A DNA stretch of 64,000 nt from an uncultured Methanoregulaceae archaeon (GCA_963737635.1 CAVTTL010000001.1:576001-640000); one strand, 5' to 3'; counted from the stretch's first letter, positions 25,501-36,444 are shown. Numbers and translations are program-made. Notes: a model not told the origin generated them from the letters alone.

Positions 25501-25982
25501 GTATCGAACTCTGATACGCCGGCGATCTCATCTATGATCTTCCGGCGCTCGAAATCGCTCATCTCCATGATTCTCGTTACATCGCCCTGCATAACGACAT
25601 TGTAACCGTGGGGGATGATACCGAACTTTGAGAGATGATCAACGATATCGCTCTGTTTGCAGAGCCGGTCGTTGAGGTAGTTGTAGCTGTAATAGCCGCT
25701 TCCGGTACGCTTTATCCGGCGCCGGATCTTTGTTCCGTCGGAAAACTCGATGGCGACTTCGGCAGTATTCTTCCCGGAGTTGAGATTTATGAGATCAGTA
25801 AGTTTCTCGGCACGCAGGTTACGAGAACTTGAAAGAGCCAGAACAAAAAGAACAGAATCGATAATATTACTCTTGCCTGATCCGTTTGGACCGGATATTA
25901 CGGTGAAACCCTCTAAAAAGGGAATTTTTGTCTTTTTTGAAAAAGACTTGAAATTATCTATCTCGAGCTCTGTGATGTGCAA
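22540..25982 (-). CDS. smc: Chromosome segregation protein SMC; +1 frameshifts near 25352 and 23515
   Basis: NFKSF, Walker A GPNGSGKSN, hinge GRVTFLPL/GAMTGG, signature LSGGEKS, Walker B FDEVD; three fragments. Confidence 0.93.
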
Positions 25983-25999
25983 AGATCCGGCTCCCCGTC

Positions 26000-26557
26000 T
26001 TATTTCTTTGCTGCATCAGACTTGTCTTCTTCTACGGCATAGATCAGATCGCTTTGCTTGGGTTTGTTGGAAGAGACGCCTTTCTTGTTCCGGCCGTAGC
26101 CTGCCGATGCGACAATGTAGTTTTTGTCCCCGCGCCGGGGCTCAAGTTTCATAGTCCCATCTGGCTGCATGATCATGTCCATCGCAGGCTCCGCCGGAGC
26201 CTGTGGCTCAGCATCTGCCGGTCGGGCTCCCTTGCGTATCACGACTGTGCTGCCACTCTGGGGAGCTGCAACAGCGCCGGGAACCTGAGTCCCTTGGGCG
26301 ATCGGTTGGACGCGTTTGAGTTCCTGGCGACTGCGTTCCTCGGTCTGCTTGGACATCTTCATAGCTATGGATTTGAGGTCAAGCAGCTCCTGGGTGAGCC
26401 CCTTGACGAGTGCTTCCATCTCGTTAACCTTCTTTTCGAGCGCGGCAACGCGGTCTTCTCCAGAGCCGCTTCCTGAACTTTCCATCATTTTGACCATTTT
26501 CTCCTTTTCCTCAAGTTCGAACTCGAGATATCTGATCTTATCATCAGGTTGCACCAT
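26000..26557 (-). CDS. Hypothetical coiled-coil protein immediately upstream of smc
   Basis: Heptad segment RVAALEKKVNEMEALVKGLTQELLDLK followed by a low-complexity tail; ends 17 bp before the smc start. Confidence 0.75.
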   Translation of the reverse strand: MVQPDDKIRYLEFELEEKEKMVKMMESSGSGSGEDRVAALEKKVNEMEALVKGLTQELLDLKSIAMKMSKQTEERSRQELKRVQPIAQGTQVPGAVAAPQSGSTVVIRKGARPADAEPQAPAEPAMDMIMQPDGTMKLEPRRGDKNYIVASAGYGRNKKGVSSNKPKQSDLIYAVEEDKSDAAKK

Positions 26558-26825
26558 GCGATACCCGTATACTTTCTGATATATACTGGTGCGGCGCATT
26601 CCTTATTAATAATAGTAGTGATCTGCGGATGAGAAAAAAAGGTTTGTGCTTCTTTTTCCCTGAAAAACGGGTTTCAGACCCCAGATAACCGCCCGATCCG
26701 GGTGCAACGCGCCCTTTCCGGCAACTGCAAGACTTGAAAAATATGACGGTAATTCTGCTGATTTTACCATCCCTGCGCTCATCCTAAGAAAAGGTATTAC
26801 CTGATCCAAACGAATGTGTACCCGT

Positions 26826-28067
26826 ATGTCGTATCTTTCCCAAACTGATCCAGAAATAGCAGATATCATCGAGAAGGAACGGATCCGCCAGACAAACGGG
26901 CTCGAGCTGATCGCGTCAGAGAATATTGTCAGCTGTGCGGTGCTCGAAGCGATGGGGTCCATCATGACCAACAAGTATGCCGAGGGCTACCCGGGAAAAA
27001 GGTACTATGGCGGTTGCGAGTTTCATGACATGGCCGAGAACCTTGCCCGCGACCGGTTAAAAAAACTTTTTGGCGCCGAACATGCAAATGTCCAACCCCA
27101 CTCTGGCACCCAGGCGAACATGGCGGTTTATTTTGCGTACATGAAGCTGGGAGAGAAGATCTTAAGCATGAAGCTCAACCAGGGCGGCCATCTGTCACAT
27201 GGGTCCCCCGTCAGCTTCACCGGTAAGTTTTACCAAGTTGCCCAGTATGGTGTCGACCCCAAAACGGAGATGCTCGATTATGGGGAGGTCGGCGAGATGG
27301 CAAAGAGGGAAAAGCCTCAGATCATCGTCTGCGGTGCCTCAGCGTATCCCCGGACAATCGATTTTAAGGCATTCCAAGAAATTGCTGACGATGTCGGCGC
27401 GTACTGTATGGCAGATATTGCCCACATCGCCGGGCTGGTTGCGACAGGCATTCACCCGACATCTGTTGGCGTAGCCAATTTCACGACCACAACGACCCAC
27501 AAGACACTCCGTGGACCTCGCGGCGGCGCGATCATGTGCAACGACGAGTATGCCCAAGCTATCGATAAGGCAGTTTTCCCGGGAATGCAGGGCGGCCCCC
27601 TGATGCATACGATCAGTGCAAAAGCAGTATGTTTTGCGGAGGCACTCAGACCCTCTTTCAAGGAATACAATAAACAAATCGTCAAGAATGCCAAGGTCCT
27701 TGCCGAAACTCTGACCAATAACGGTATCCGGCTCGTCTCTGGTGGCACAGATAACCACCTGATGCTCATCGACCTCACCAACCAGCATCTGACCGGACTT
27801 GAGGCGGAAGTGGCGCTCGGTAAGGCCGGCATCACCGTCAACAAGAATACGATCCCGAACGAGACCAAAAGCCCGTTTGTCACAAGCGGCCTCCGGGTCG
27901 GTACTCCTGCCGTCACCTCGCGCGGCATGAAAGAGACAGAAATGCGCCAGATCGGTGCGTGGATCTCCGCCGTCGTAAAGGATATCACAAACGAAACGCA
28001 GATTAAAACGATTAATCGTGATGTCGCTGAAATGGCACAGAAATTTCCGATTTACCCGGTGACCTGA
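26826..28067 (+). CDS. glyA: Serine hydroxymethyltransferase (bacterial/THF type)
   Basis: [51 protein letters not shown]. Confidence 0.95.
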   Translation: MSYLSQTDPEIADIIEKERIRQTNGLELIASENIVSCAVLEAMGSIMTNKYAEGYPGKRYYGGCEFHDMAENLARDRLKKLFGAEHANVQPHSGTQANMAVYFAYMKLGEKILSMKLNQGGHLSHGSPVSFTGKFYQVAQYGVDPKTEMLDYGEVGEMAKREKPQIIVCGASAYPRTIDFKAFQEIADDVGAYCMADIAHIAGLVATGIHPTSVGVANFTTTTTHKTLRGPRGGAIMCNDEYAQAIDKAVFPGMQGGPLMHTISAKAVCFAEALRPSFKEYNKQIVKNAKVLAETLTNNGIRLVSGGTDNHLMLIDLTNQHLTGLEAEVALGKAGITVNKNTIPNETKSPFVTSGLRVGTPAVTSRGMKETEMRQIGAWISAVVKDITNETQIKTINRDVAEMAQKFPIYPVT

Positions 28068-28087
28068 ACGTATGTGTGGGTGTGACG

Positions 28088-28921
28088 ATGACCACTATCC
28101 TTGACGGGAAAGCGGTTTCGGAAAAGCGGCTCGAACTCCTCAAGGAAGCAATCGGGGAATCAGGACTGTACCCCCGTCTTGCCACAGTGATCGTAGGGAG
28201 TGATCCGGCGTCGCAGATGTACGTGCGCATGAAACACCGGGCATGCGAACGGGTAGGCATCGGTTCGATCGGAATTGAGATTTCAGACGATACCAACACG
28301 GAGAAAGTGCTCGAAGCGATCACCCGGCTCAACCGGGACGCAGACATCAGCGGCATCCTCGTCCAGCTTCCGCTTCCAAAACAGATCGACACCGACCGCA
28401 TAATCGCCGCTGTGACGCCGGAAAAGGACGTGGACGGGTTCCACCCTACAAGCCTTGGCCTTTTGATGAGCGGCAAACCCCGTTTTGCTCCCTGTACGCC
28501 TAAAGGGATCATGACCCTGCTCGCAGAGTACAGGATCCCCGTTGCCGGCGCCCGGACGGTTATCGCCGGGCGGAGCATCGATGTTGGGAGGCCGATGGCT
28601 GCCCTCATGACGAACGCTGACGCAACGGTAACGATGTGCCATAGCAGGACCCGGGACCTTCCTGCGGAACTCAAGCAGGCTGATATTCTGGTCTCGGCGG
28701 TTGGAAAAGCGCATTTTATCATACCGGAGATGGTCAAACCCGGTGCGGTCGTCATCGATGTCGGTATCAACCAGCTCAATGGAAAACTGGTTGGTGACGT
28801 TGACTTTGACGCGGTAAAGGAAATCGCATCAGCGATCACCCCAGTCCCCGGGGGAGTAGGACCGATGACTATTGCAACGCTTATGGAAAACACCTTTGCC
28901 GCGGCTACGAGAAAATCATGA
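28088..28921 (+). CDS. folD: Methylenetetrahydrofolate dehydrogenase/cyclohydrolase
   Basis: [36 protein letters not shown]. Confidence 0.95.
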   Translation: MTTILDGKAVSEKRLELLKEAIGESGLYPRLATVIVGSDPASQMYVRMKHRACERVGIGSIGIEISDDTNTEKVLEAITRLNRDADISGILVQLPLPKQIDTDRIIAAVTPEKDVDGFHPTSLGLLMSGKPRFAPCTPKGIMTLLAEYRIPVAGARTVIAGRSIDVGRPMAALMTNADATVTMCHSRTRDLPAELKQADILVSAVGKAHFIIPEMVKPGAVVIDVGINQLNGKLVGDVDFDAVKEIASAITPVPGGVGPMTIATLMENTFAAATRKS

Positions 28922-29730
28922 AACCCTGTCGTGTCAACAATCTGATGATAGGAGGAGATGCGCCACCCCGTGTGATGGGGGTCATAAACTGTAGCGGTGA
29001 ATCGTTCTACCTGGGATCCTACATCCCCATCAAGGAAGTTCATGCGACCGCTATCTCAATGATCGAACAGGGTGCCGACCTGATTGACATTGGAGCACGA
29101 AGCACGGCACCCAATACGCAACCGATCAGTGGAAAAACAGAGGCTGAACGGATAGATGCTGCCCTCAGGGAACTTGACGGAAGCGGGATCACGCTCTCAG
29201 TCGACACGATGATCCCGGGGGTGCTCGATGTATGCCTGAAGCATGATATTCACGCCGCAAACGATATCAGTGGTTTCGTTTCCGCTTCTTACGCTAAAAA
29301 AGTCGCTGACGCCGGCCTTCCTGCGTTTGTTATGGCGGCAAACCAACAGCCGGGTGACCCTGTCGGCGTTGATGCAACTCTTTCCTCTCTGGAAGGAGTT
29401 ATACATCGATGTGAAACGGCTGGTGTAAACGAGTACGTGATCGATCCCGGCATCGGTATCTGGACACCGCATCGCACTGTCAGCGACGATTGGGAACTCT
29501 GCCGGCACTTCGAAAAATTCCTGCGTTTCGATCGCCCGGTACTTGCAGCTGTCTCACGAAAGACCTTTATAGGCATGCTCCTTAACCGTGAACCAGAGGA
29601 CCGGCTGCCGGGCACCCTCGCCGTAACAATGAAACTTCTTGAGAAGGGCGCATCGGCCATCCGGACGCATGACGTAGCAGCCACCCGGGATGTAATAAAA
29701 GTGTATGAGGAGATGGTAAGAGCGGTATGA
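28918..29730 (+). CDS. folP: Dihydropteroate synthase
   Basis: [40 protein letters not shown]. Confidence 0.9.
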   Translation: MKPCRVNNLMIGGDAPPRVMGVINCSGESFYLGSYIPIKEVHATAISMIEQGADLIDIGARSTAPNTQPISGKTEAERIDAALRELDGSGITLSVDTMIPGVLDVCLKHDIHAANDISGFVSASYAKKVADAGLPAFVMAANQQPGDPVGVDATLSSLEGVIHRCETAGVNEYVIDPGIGIWTPHRTVSDDWELCRHFEKFLRFDRPVLAAVSRKTFIGMLLNREPEDRLPGTLAVTMKLLEKGASAIRTHDVAATRDVIKVYEEMVRAV

Positions 29731-30497
29731 ATTCCTCTTTTACCGTCACCGGCCTTTCCACAGGCATTATCCGGCCCAATGATCCGTTCACCGACCGGAT
29801 CATTGCGGCTGCAGACGCTGCCTGCGGAGGATTTGTGGACGGGGATGTCCTTGTCCTCGCCGAAACTGCGGTCGCCACAGCCGAAGGGAACGTGGTCAGG
29901 CTCGATACAATAACCCCTTCCCCCCACGCAAAGGAACTGGCACAGCAGTACCACATGGATCCTCGCACCGTCGAAGTCGTCCTCGCCCAAAGCAACTCGA
30001 TCGTTGGGGGGATACCAGGTTTTCTTCTCTGTATGAAGCAGGGCACGCTCCTTCCGAATGCGGGTGTAGATGCTTCGAACGCCCCGCCTGGTTCTATTGT
30101 TCCTCTGCCGGTTGATCCCGACAAAAGTGCTGTGGGTATCCGGGACGAAATTGCACGACGGTGTCATGCACGGATTGGCGTTATTATCGCTGACAGCAGA
30201 ACACATGCCATGCGCCTTGGCTGCTCTGGGGTCGCAATAGGCTGTGCAGGTATCACTTCTGTTATCGATGACCAGGGACGATCTGACCTGTTTGGCCGGA
30301 AGCTCGAAGTGACCAAGCGTGCAGTTGCCGATAATATCGCCTCTGCTGCCGAAATTGTGATGGGTGAAGCAGATGAGTGCACACCAGCCGCGATAGTCCG
30401 GGGCCTTGGCATTCCTATCGGTGATCAGGTAGGGGTCGATACCATTGATGCAGATGAGTGTCTGTTCATGGGCGCCTTTCGCAAGAACCTGATCTGA
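29727..30497 (+). CDS. CofE-family gamma-glutamyl ligase (candidate FolC2-type dihydrofolate synthase)
   Basis: DGDVLV, NAGVDASN, DLFGRKLEVT, MGEADECTP; ATGA overlap with folP. Confidence 0.85.
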   Translation: MNSSFTVTGLSTGIIRPNDPFTDRIIAAADAACGGFVDGDVLVLAETAVATAEGNVVRLDTITPSPHAKELAQQYHMDPRTVEVVLAQSNSIVGGIPGFLLCMKQGTLLPNAGVDASNAPPGSIVPLPVDPDKSAVGIRDEIARRCHARIGVIIADSRTHAMRLGCSGVAIGCAGITSVIDDQGRSDLFGRKLEVTKRAVADNIASAAEIVMGEADECTPAAIVRGLGIPIGDQVGVDTIDADECLFMGAFRKNLI

Positions 30498-30537
30498 AGC
30501 CAGTGTATCCTGATCCATTCTTCGGGTTTTCTCATAC

Positions 30538-30918
30538 CTATACCTGATCAGAGATCACCGAAGAGGTAAAATTATAGGCACAGTCAAGGTCGGCGAACTC
30601 GGAAAAGGAGAATGTTTCAGTCATTTTTTGCCGGGGTAAAATCGACGGAATATTAAATGTCGCCGATTGGGAATGGCAGTACGCAGTAATCGGCATAAGT
30701 GTAACGTGTACTTCGACATTTTCGAATGTCCTGTTAGTCGGGTTCTCGATCCGAAAATCAGCGGTATAGAAATCAACCGAACCAACGTTTATTGTGGTAA
30801 ATGAGTCGAGATCGTTGCTTATAACCGTGATCTCGTTGTTTTGGGCCCGGGAAGAAATACAGCCAGCTCCAAGTACGCATGCGAACAACAGTAACAGGAT
30901 CCATAGGTACCACCGCAT
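30538..30918 (-). CDS. Small secreted lipoprotein
   Basis: Signal peptide with GAGC lipobox, beta-rich domain. Confidence 0.65.
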   Translation of the reverse strand: MRWYLWILLLLFACVLGAGCISSRAQNNEITVISNDLDSFTTINVGSVDFYTADFRIENPTNRTFENVEVHVTLMPITAYCHSQSATFNIPSILPRQKMTETFSFSEFADLDCAYNFTSSVISDQV

Positions 30919-31123
30919 ATCTGTTTCTCACCTTAGTTCATTGGCTATACCTTGTGCTGAACTATGTACCCGCATACAAAGAAAAAACAGATGGTCGGTT
31001 AGTGCCCACTAAAACAATATAGTTTAAGGCCACGTCTAAGCACACATGGGAGAACGGCCAGACGGGTCTGTTATGAACAGTTGTTTCACCTTGGACGTGC
31101 AATTGATTTTGTAAGGAAGAGCC

Positions 31124-31771
31124 ATGGGAGAGCCCCAACCCGAGAACGATCCGAACACGCCCGAACTCACCGGACCGCCCTTCTATCTGGAGGAATTCGA
31201 ACAATCTTATCGATACATCATCGACGAATACGAAATACAACCGAGGGATATCGCCATTTTCATACCTTGCGCAGTGAGAAAACCTTACAGTACAAGTCCA
31301 AGCCACCAGCTTATCCGGATGATCATCTCCCAGGTATTTGATGAGTCGAAGTACCATATTGTCATCTTTGGTACATGCGGAATCGTGCCTGCCGAACTTG
31401 AAACCATGTATCCCTATGCTCACTACAAGTATATGCTCGGAAAATGCAACGATGAGAAGATCAAAACGGACTTTCTTTCGATCGAGACCGATCGGATTGC
31501 AGGGTACCTCGAGAAGACACGGCACGCATACAAGTACCGGGTCGCCTATTGTATTGGTCTTTTCCGCGAAGCTCTGATTCAAGCCTCGAAGAAATCCGGG
31601 GTACCGATCGATCTTCTGCTCCCCACAAGAGACATGATTAACCGGGTGATCGAAGAAGAGGAATGCCGGTTCCAAGAGGGAAGTCTCTCAATGGACGAGT
31701 ACCTGGGCGAGTTCTGTGACAGCCTTATCCGGTTCAGGAATATGCATCCCGATCTTTCAAAAACAGAGTAA
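31124..31771 (+). CDS. DUF5591-domain protein (related to a domain of archaeosine synthase ArcS)
   Basis: FIPCAVRKPYSTSPSH and GIVPAELETMYPYAHY motifs. Confidence 0.75.
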   Translation: MGEPQPENDPNTPELTGPPFYLEEFEQSYRYIIDEYEIQPRDIAIFIPCAVRKPYSTSPSHQLIRMIISQVFDESKYHIVIFGTCGIVPAELETMYPYAHYKYMLGKCNDEKIKTDFLSIETDRIAGYLEKTRHAYKYRVAYCIGLFREALIQASKKSGVPIDLLLPTRDMINRVIEEEECRFQEGSLSMDEYLGEFCDSLIRFRNMHPDLSKTE

Positions 31772-31810
31772 CCGGATCATAGTTTCCCGATGAACGTCGA
31801 CATTTCTGCT

Positions 31811-32074
31811 CTACGATGGCAGCGACCGTATGACAAGGTAGAATGCACAGAGTGCGGCGACAAGACCTGCAACGGATAACGCCAGCACGGGAATAGGTTG
31901 CAGAATTACACCGTTATACTGCAGCACTTCTTTTATACCAAATAAAAAGAAGGCCAGTGCAAGGAACCAGCCATACGCCTTTTTCTTGTTAACAGCCGCA
32001 TGGAGTCCGTAGATCATCACCAGCACGTCAATCCCGATGAGAATCGGGCTAAACCACTCAGGAAGGATCATCAC
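31811..32074 (-). CDS. Small three-TM membrane protein
   Basis: 87 aa; KKKAYGWFLALAFFLF resembles 1900..2169. Confidence 0.65.
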   Translation of the reverse strand: MMILPEWFSPILIGIDVLVMIYGLHAAVNKKKAYGWFLALAFFLFGIKEVLQYNGVILQPIPVLALSVAGLVAALCAFYLVIRSLPS

Positions 32075-32206
32075 GTACAGATGGATACCAGACTTTTAAG
32101 AGATACCGGAATAAAAGTGGCTTTAGCGTAAATTGTGGACAATTTCTTTATGGAGATGTATAAATCTGTCATCCCACCATCCCTCATACCGGTGCACTAC
32201 GCCGCA

Positions 32207-32637
32207 TCACTTCACTACAAGCACCTTGCAGGGAGCTGAACGTATGATTTCTTCTGCCACGCTCCCAAGCAGGAGGCGCTCCAGTCCTTTTTTCCCTGCG
32301 TCCCGATTACGATCAGATCGATCTTTTTCTTTGCAGCAAACTTCACCATCTCAGCAGCGGGACGCCCCTCAAGAATGGAGGTCTCAACTTCCATGCCACC
32401 AGCCAGCAATCGTATCCGGGCAAATGCCTGCTCTGCCTCATCCTTGAAAACGCGATATGTATCCCCGAGAGGGATGTCCCCGGACATGGTTTAAAAGGTC
32501 CCTGTATCGATAACGTACGTTGCAAACACAGAAGCCCCACACACGCGCGCAACTTTTATTCCCTCTTCAAGGGCAGCCCGGTTCTTTTCCGAGCCATCCG
32601 TCGCAATCAGGATCCTCTCAAACAGTGGTTCAGTCAT
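32207..32637 (-). pseudogene. Universal stress protein (UspA) with an in-frame TAA and a homopolymer frameshift (decay or read error)
   Basis: ILIATDGS, EGRPA, DLIVIGTQG; the shifted frame gives GLERLLLGSVAEEIIRSAPCKVLVVK*. Confidence 0.7.
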
Positions 32638-32671
32638 CGGCGATCTACCTCCTCTTTTAGTGCGGATACAC

Positions 32672-33667
32672 CTACTTACCGTTCTCTCCTGATACTTCTT
32701 GCGGATCAGTGCTGGGGCTGTCGGTCCGGGATGCCCCATCGATCTCCTCAACGTATTTGTCGCCACACATTGCACAGAGCAGTGCGGCGATGAAAGAGAT
32801 CCCTGCTCCGATGTAGAGAGAGAGAGCCAATGAGGGCATAAATGCCCCGGCAAGCATCTTCGGGAACCAGATTGCACCGGTGAGTGTGGCAAGTGTTGAT
32901 GGAGAGATGCTCGAAAGCAGGGCGTAGGTGATACCGACGAGGAAAATAGTCAGGCCACCGATAAAGGAGAGGTTTCCCCAAATATCAATCTTCGGCAATT
33001 GTTTTTTGTACGCCGGCTCTTTGAGCTAGGAAGGCCCATATCGTCCCTACTACCCCAAACGGCACGCTGATCAGAAAAACGTATCTCCAGTTAACACCGC
33101 AAGGATCCCGCCTATCAGGAGGCCGACAAATTGTCCTGACAGTGCCGCCACCTGGTTGAGTCCGAGTGCTTTTCCCCGCTCATCCGGGGGAAACGTGTCG
33201 GTGAGGATCGCAGCACTATTAGAGAAAATAAACGCTGCTCCTACTGCCTGGACGAAGCGGAAACTGATGAGTTCGATTGCGCCGGCGTCACCAGTATCGG
33301 GGGTCGGGAAGAGAAGAAGCGAAACGGCCGTGAAAATAGCAAAACCGATGTTATAGAGCCGGACACGTCCGTAGATATCCGAAAGCCGACCAAAGCTGAG
33401 GAGAAGGGTGGCGGTCACAATCCCGTAGCCCATCAGGATCCAGAGCAAGTACTAGAATGATGTAAGTGGATTGATATTGATATCGTTGAAGATAGCGGGC
33501 AGGGAGATCAGAATGATACTCCCGTTTACCGCCGCCATAAACATGGCGATCGTTGTGTTCGAGAGCGCGATCCATTTATATCGGGGTTCCCGTGCAAGAG
33601 CTGCCGGTTCGGCGGCAGGTATCTGGGAACCTGATTCCGGTGGTTCTATTATATCCGAGGGTTTCAC
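32672..33667 (-). pseudogene. MFS (DHA2/EmrB-like) transporter remnant
   Basis: [12 protein letters not shown] motif A and FRFVQAVG; in-frame TAG at 33452, frameshifts, and a large internal deletion joining GITYAL to the C-terminal region. Confidence 0.75.
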
Positions 33668-33831
33668 CAGATCCAGAACATATCCCGGATAATTTCATCT
33701 GATACTCTATGTATAGAGCGCACTATACACTTTAGCATATAGTATCAGCGGGCACAGTGACATCTGGTGAAAGAGAAGCATCGCGGCTTACGGACCAAAG
33801 CCGGACGGCGGCAGCTAAAGAAAAATAATAA

Positions 33832-34533
33832 TTATTCGGGGAACTGTTTTTCCAGTGCCAATTTTGCTGCTTCCTGACAGGCTTCGGCGACGGTGTGGCC
33901 GGTGCCTTCGCCAAGAGGACCGGCATCATCGTATACGCCATACGTAAAAATGTACTTGTGTGGCGGACCTGCCCGTGATATCTCCCGGTAGACTGGTATT
34001 TCCTTTCCTTTTTTCTGGTACTGCTCCTGAAGACGCCCGATATAGTTTTTCGCGGGATCGTAGTGGTCGATCTCGCCTGCCATCAATTGATGCACGAAGG
34101 TGGATGTTGCCTCGTACCCGGTATACGCATACATTGCACCGATACAGGCTTCAATTGCCCCGCCTTTTATGGTATCTCCATAGGCCTTTTGTTGCCCAAT
34201 CTGCTGAGGAATGAGCCAAGTGTCATCAATACCACAGCGTTTGGCAATCTCCGCAAGGGAATCATTTGAGACAACACCCATCATCTTTGTCATTTCACCT
34301 TCCCGCTGGGGAGGGACGCGGCAAAAGAGCATGTTTGCTACGATGAGGTTTATGACACGATCTCCCAGAAACTCAAACCGCTGCCAATCCTCTTTTGAAA
34401 CATTCCAGGTAACCGGATTATCAAGGGAAGTATCTCCGTTATATATCCGGATAAATTCCCTGATTTTAGAGGGGACAGATGATGTAGGATCGTTGAGCGT
34501 CTGACAGATCGTTGAGCCGGTCTTAGTGTCCAT
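33832..34533 (-). CDS. rnc: Ribonuclease III with C-terminal dsRNA-binding domain
   Basis: QRFEFLGD signature, IEACIGAMY, dsRBD (LQEQYQ...PVY...GPPH...F...GTG...A.QEAA). Confidence 0.85.
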   Translation of the reverse strand: MDTKTGSTICQTLNDPTSSVPSKIREFIRIYNGDTSLDNPVTWNVSKEDWQRFEFLGDRVINLIVANMLFCRVPPQREGEMTKMMGVVSNDSLAEIAKRCGIDDTWLIPQQIGQQKAYGDTIKGGAIEACIGAMYAYTGYEATSTFVHQLMAGEIDHYDPAKNYIGRLQEQYQKKGKEIPVYREISRAGPPHKYIFTYGVYDDAGPLGEGTGHTVAEACQEAAKLALEKQFPE

Positions 34534-34542
34534 AAAAATGGA

Positions 34543-35187
34543 TCATGCCGGGGATTCCGGAGCAGTCTTTCGCTCTACAATAACTCTTCCGTTCTCAGCG
34601 GAAAGAACGAAACCAAGATCTTCGAGATACTTCCTACTCTTTCCCGTTCCGTGGGTAAGGAGTTCTACGAGATCCTCTTTCTCATCGATGTCTGTATGAA
34701 GCAAAAATGAATCTATCACTTCACATGAAAGCCCGGCTTCTTGTGCTATCCGCATGTGCTTTGAAAAACTCATTCCATAATAATCGACGTGGAATTTCGC
34801 GGGTTCGCTGACAAATATCGCATTTGTCCCTCCGCCCCTGCCGGGCACGATCGCGATGTCGCTTTTGGTAGAGATAACCCTGAGAATAGCCGGGCCGGTC
34901 GCAAGAGGAAGGTCGGCCATGAGGATGAGGACCGGTCCTGCCGCCTGTGAAAGTACTTCATTTAATGTGCCACTCAGGTCCTTATCGGCGATGGTAACTT
35001 GAGTTTCCTCACTATCGAAGAGCTCGGTGGCAATGATCACAGGGCGACAATTTGCATCTTTTGCTGCAGCAATAACGTCCTCGAGCATCACACGCGCAAA
35101 CATTTCCCGTTCGTCTATTGAAAGTACACCGGAAAGCCGGCTCTTAGGGCCTGCTGGCTTAAAAGGAATCAGTACATGGGGACACAT
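34543..35187 (-). CDS. cofC: 2-phospho-L-lactate/phosphoenolpyruvate guanylyltransferase (F420 biosynthesis)
   Basis: IPFKP..PKSRLS, MADLPL, GRGGGTNA, DIDEKEDL. Confidence 0.9.
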   Translation of the reverse strand: MCPHVLIPFKPAGPKSRLSGVLSIDEREMFARVMLEDVIAAAKDANCRPVIIATELFDSEETQVTIADKDLSGTLNEVLSQAAGPVLILMADLPLATGPAILRVISTKSDIAIVPGRGGGTNAIFVSEPAKFHVDYYGMSFSKHMRIAQEAGLSCEVIDSFLLHTDIDEKEDLVELLTHGTGKSRKYLEDLGFVLSAENGRVIVERKTAPESPA

Positions 35188-35398
35188 GTCGTACGTTCAT
35201 TTGCAGGACAATCAAAAAAAGATGCTGATATCATTCTCACGGAGTACTCCCGATACATTGTCAAAGATCGCAAAAGACGGTACCAATAGAGACGCAATAC
35301 CCTACTGAGACGGGTGTCCAATAAGATTGTTCGGCAGAATCCCTCACAATTCTAAGGTATGCAAAGGCGGGTGAACTAATAAAAAGACCTCCGGGGGT

Positions 35399-36444
35399 CT
35401 ACCCGGGTCCGGTGCCCTCTTTCCTGAACTTTTCGACGGGAATGCGAATCTCGAACCGTGCACCTTCGCCGGGAACCCCGGTTTCACTGATCGTCATGCA
35501 GGTAATCGCAAGAATCTCCCGGACCAGAAAGAGTCCCCAACCGGTATACTTGCCAAACCCGCGCTCGAATATCCGCTCTTTGTCAGCGGCAGGAATACCA
35601 TTGCCATCATCCTCAACGACCAGTACCGCATCTTTCTCTTCTTCATGAACGGATACACGGATGTTCGAGACTTTTTTGCCGTGGCGGACTGCATTGTCCA
35701 GCAGTCTGAGTTACCGCTTTTTCAAAAGAAAGATCTGCGAAGACCGCTGCATTTCCAGTGATATCTGTTACCGTGACACCATTTAAGGTGACAAGATCAC
35801 CGGCACGCCGGAACACTGATGAGAGCGTCTGCCAGACCGGAGGTTCAGTCCCAAGATTCTGGTAGTCCTTTGCGAACTGGAACTGTCGCCGGATTTTATC
35901 AAGGGCAAACCGTTCCTTTTCAATGTACGATCGCAGCTGCGGATCATCTGTTGACATCTCCAGCAGCTCGGTATAGCCGCTGACCGCGGTAAGCTGGTTG
36001 ACTACATCGTGACGGGTGACGCTTCCAACGATGTTGAGTTTTTTGTTCAGGAACGCAACTTCTTCCTCCATCCGGCGGTGTGTCAATACTTTTTCAACCA
36101 GCTGTCTTAGCACCGGGTACCATATATCCGAGGCACCCGACATGACCATATACTCTGCGTTGTTTGCTACCGAAATACCGAAAGTGTCAGGATCATACAC
36201 TTTCGCAAGGATAATTACCGGAAGTTCGATCCCTTGCACTCGGAGGTTCTTTAAGAACAGGATACCGTCCTGTCCTTGGTCCTGAACGGCAATCACCAAG
36301 CCTGGTTCGCCGGGCAAGACTCCGGCTGATAGTTACTTCGGGAGAGGCAGAGGCGATTACGCAATAGGCTCCGGTACCGGTAAGGTAGTCTTTAAGGGCA
36401 GCACTGCGGTCGGCATTTGCATCGATAACAATGAGAGGTATCAC
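35399..36444 (-). CDS. Sensor histidine kinase with degenerate N-terminal receiver-like domain; +1 frameshifts near 36319 and 35705
   Basis: H-box TRHDVVNQL; reconstructed N-box QLLDNAVRHG, DDGNGI, FERGFGKYTGWGLFLVREIL, GEGARFEI. Confidence 0.8.

Noticed and set aside
21641-25982. Programmed frameshifting or true pseudogenisation of smc, scpA, eno, fni, hpt
   Set aside because: No slippery sites, the genes are core or essential, and each is repaired by a single-base fix, mostly at AGCT; sequencing error is more likely.
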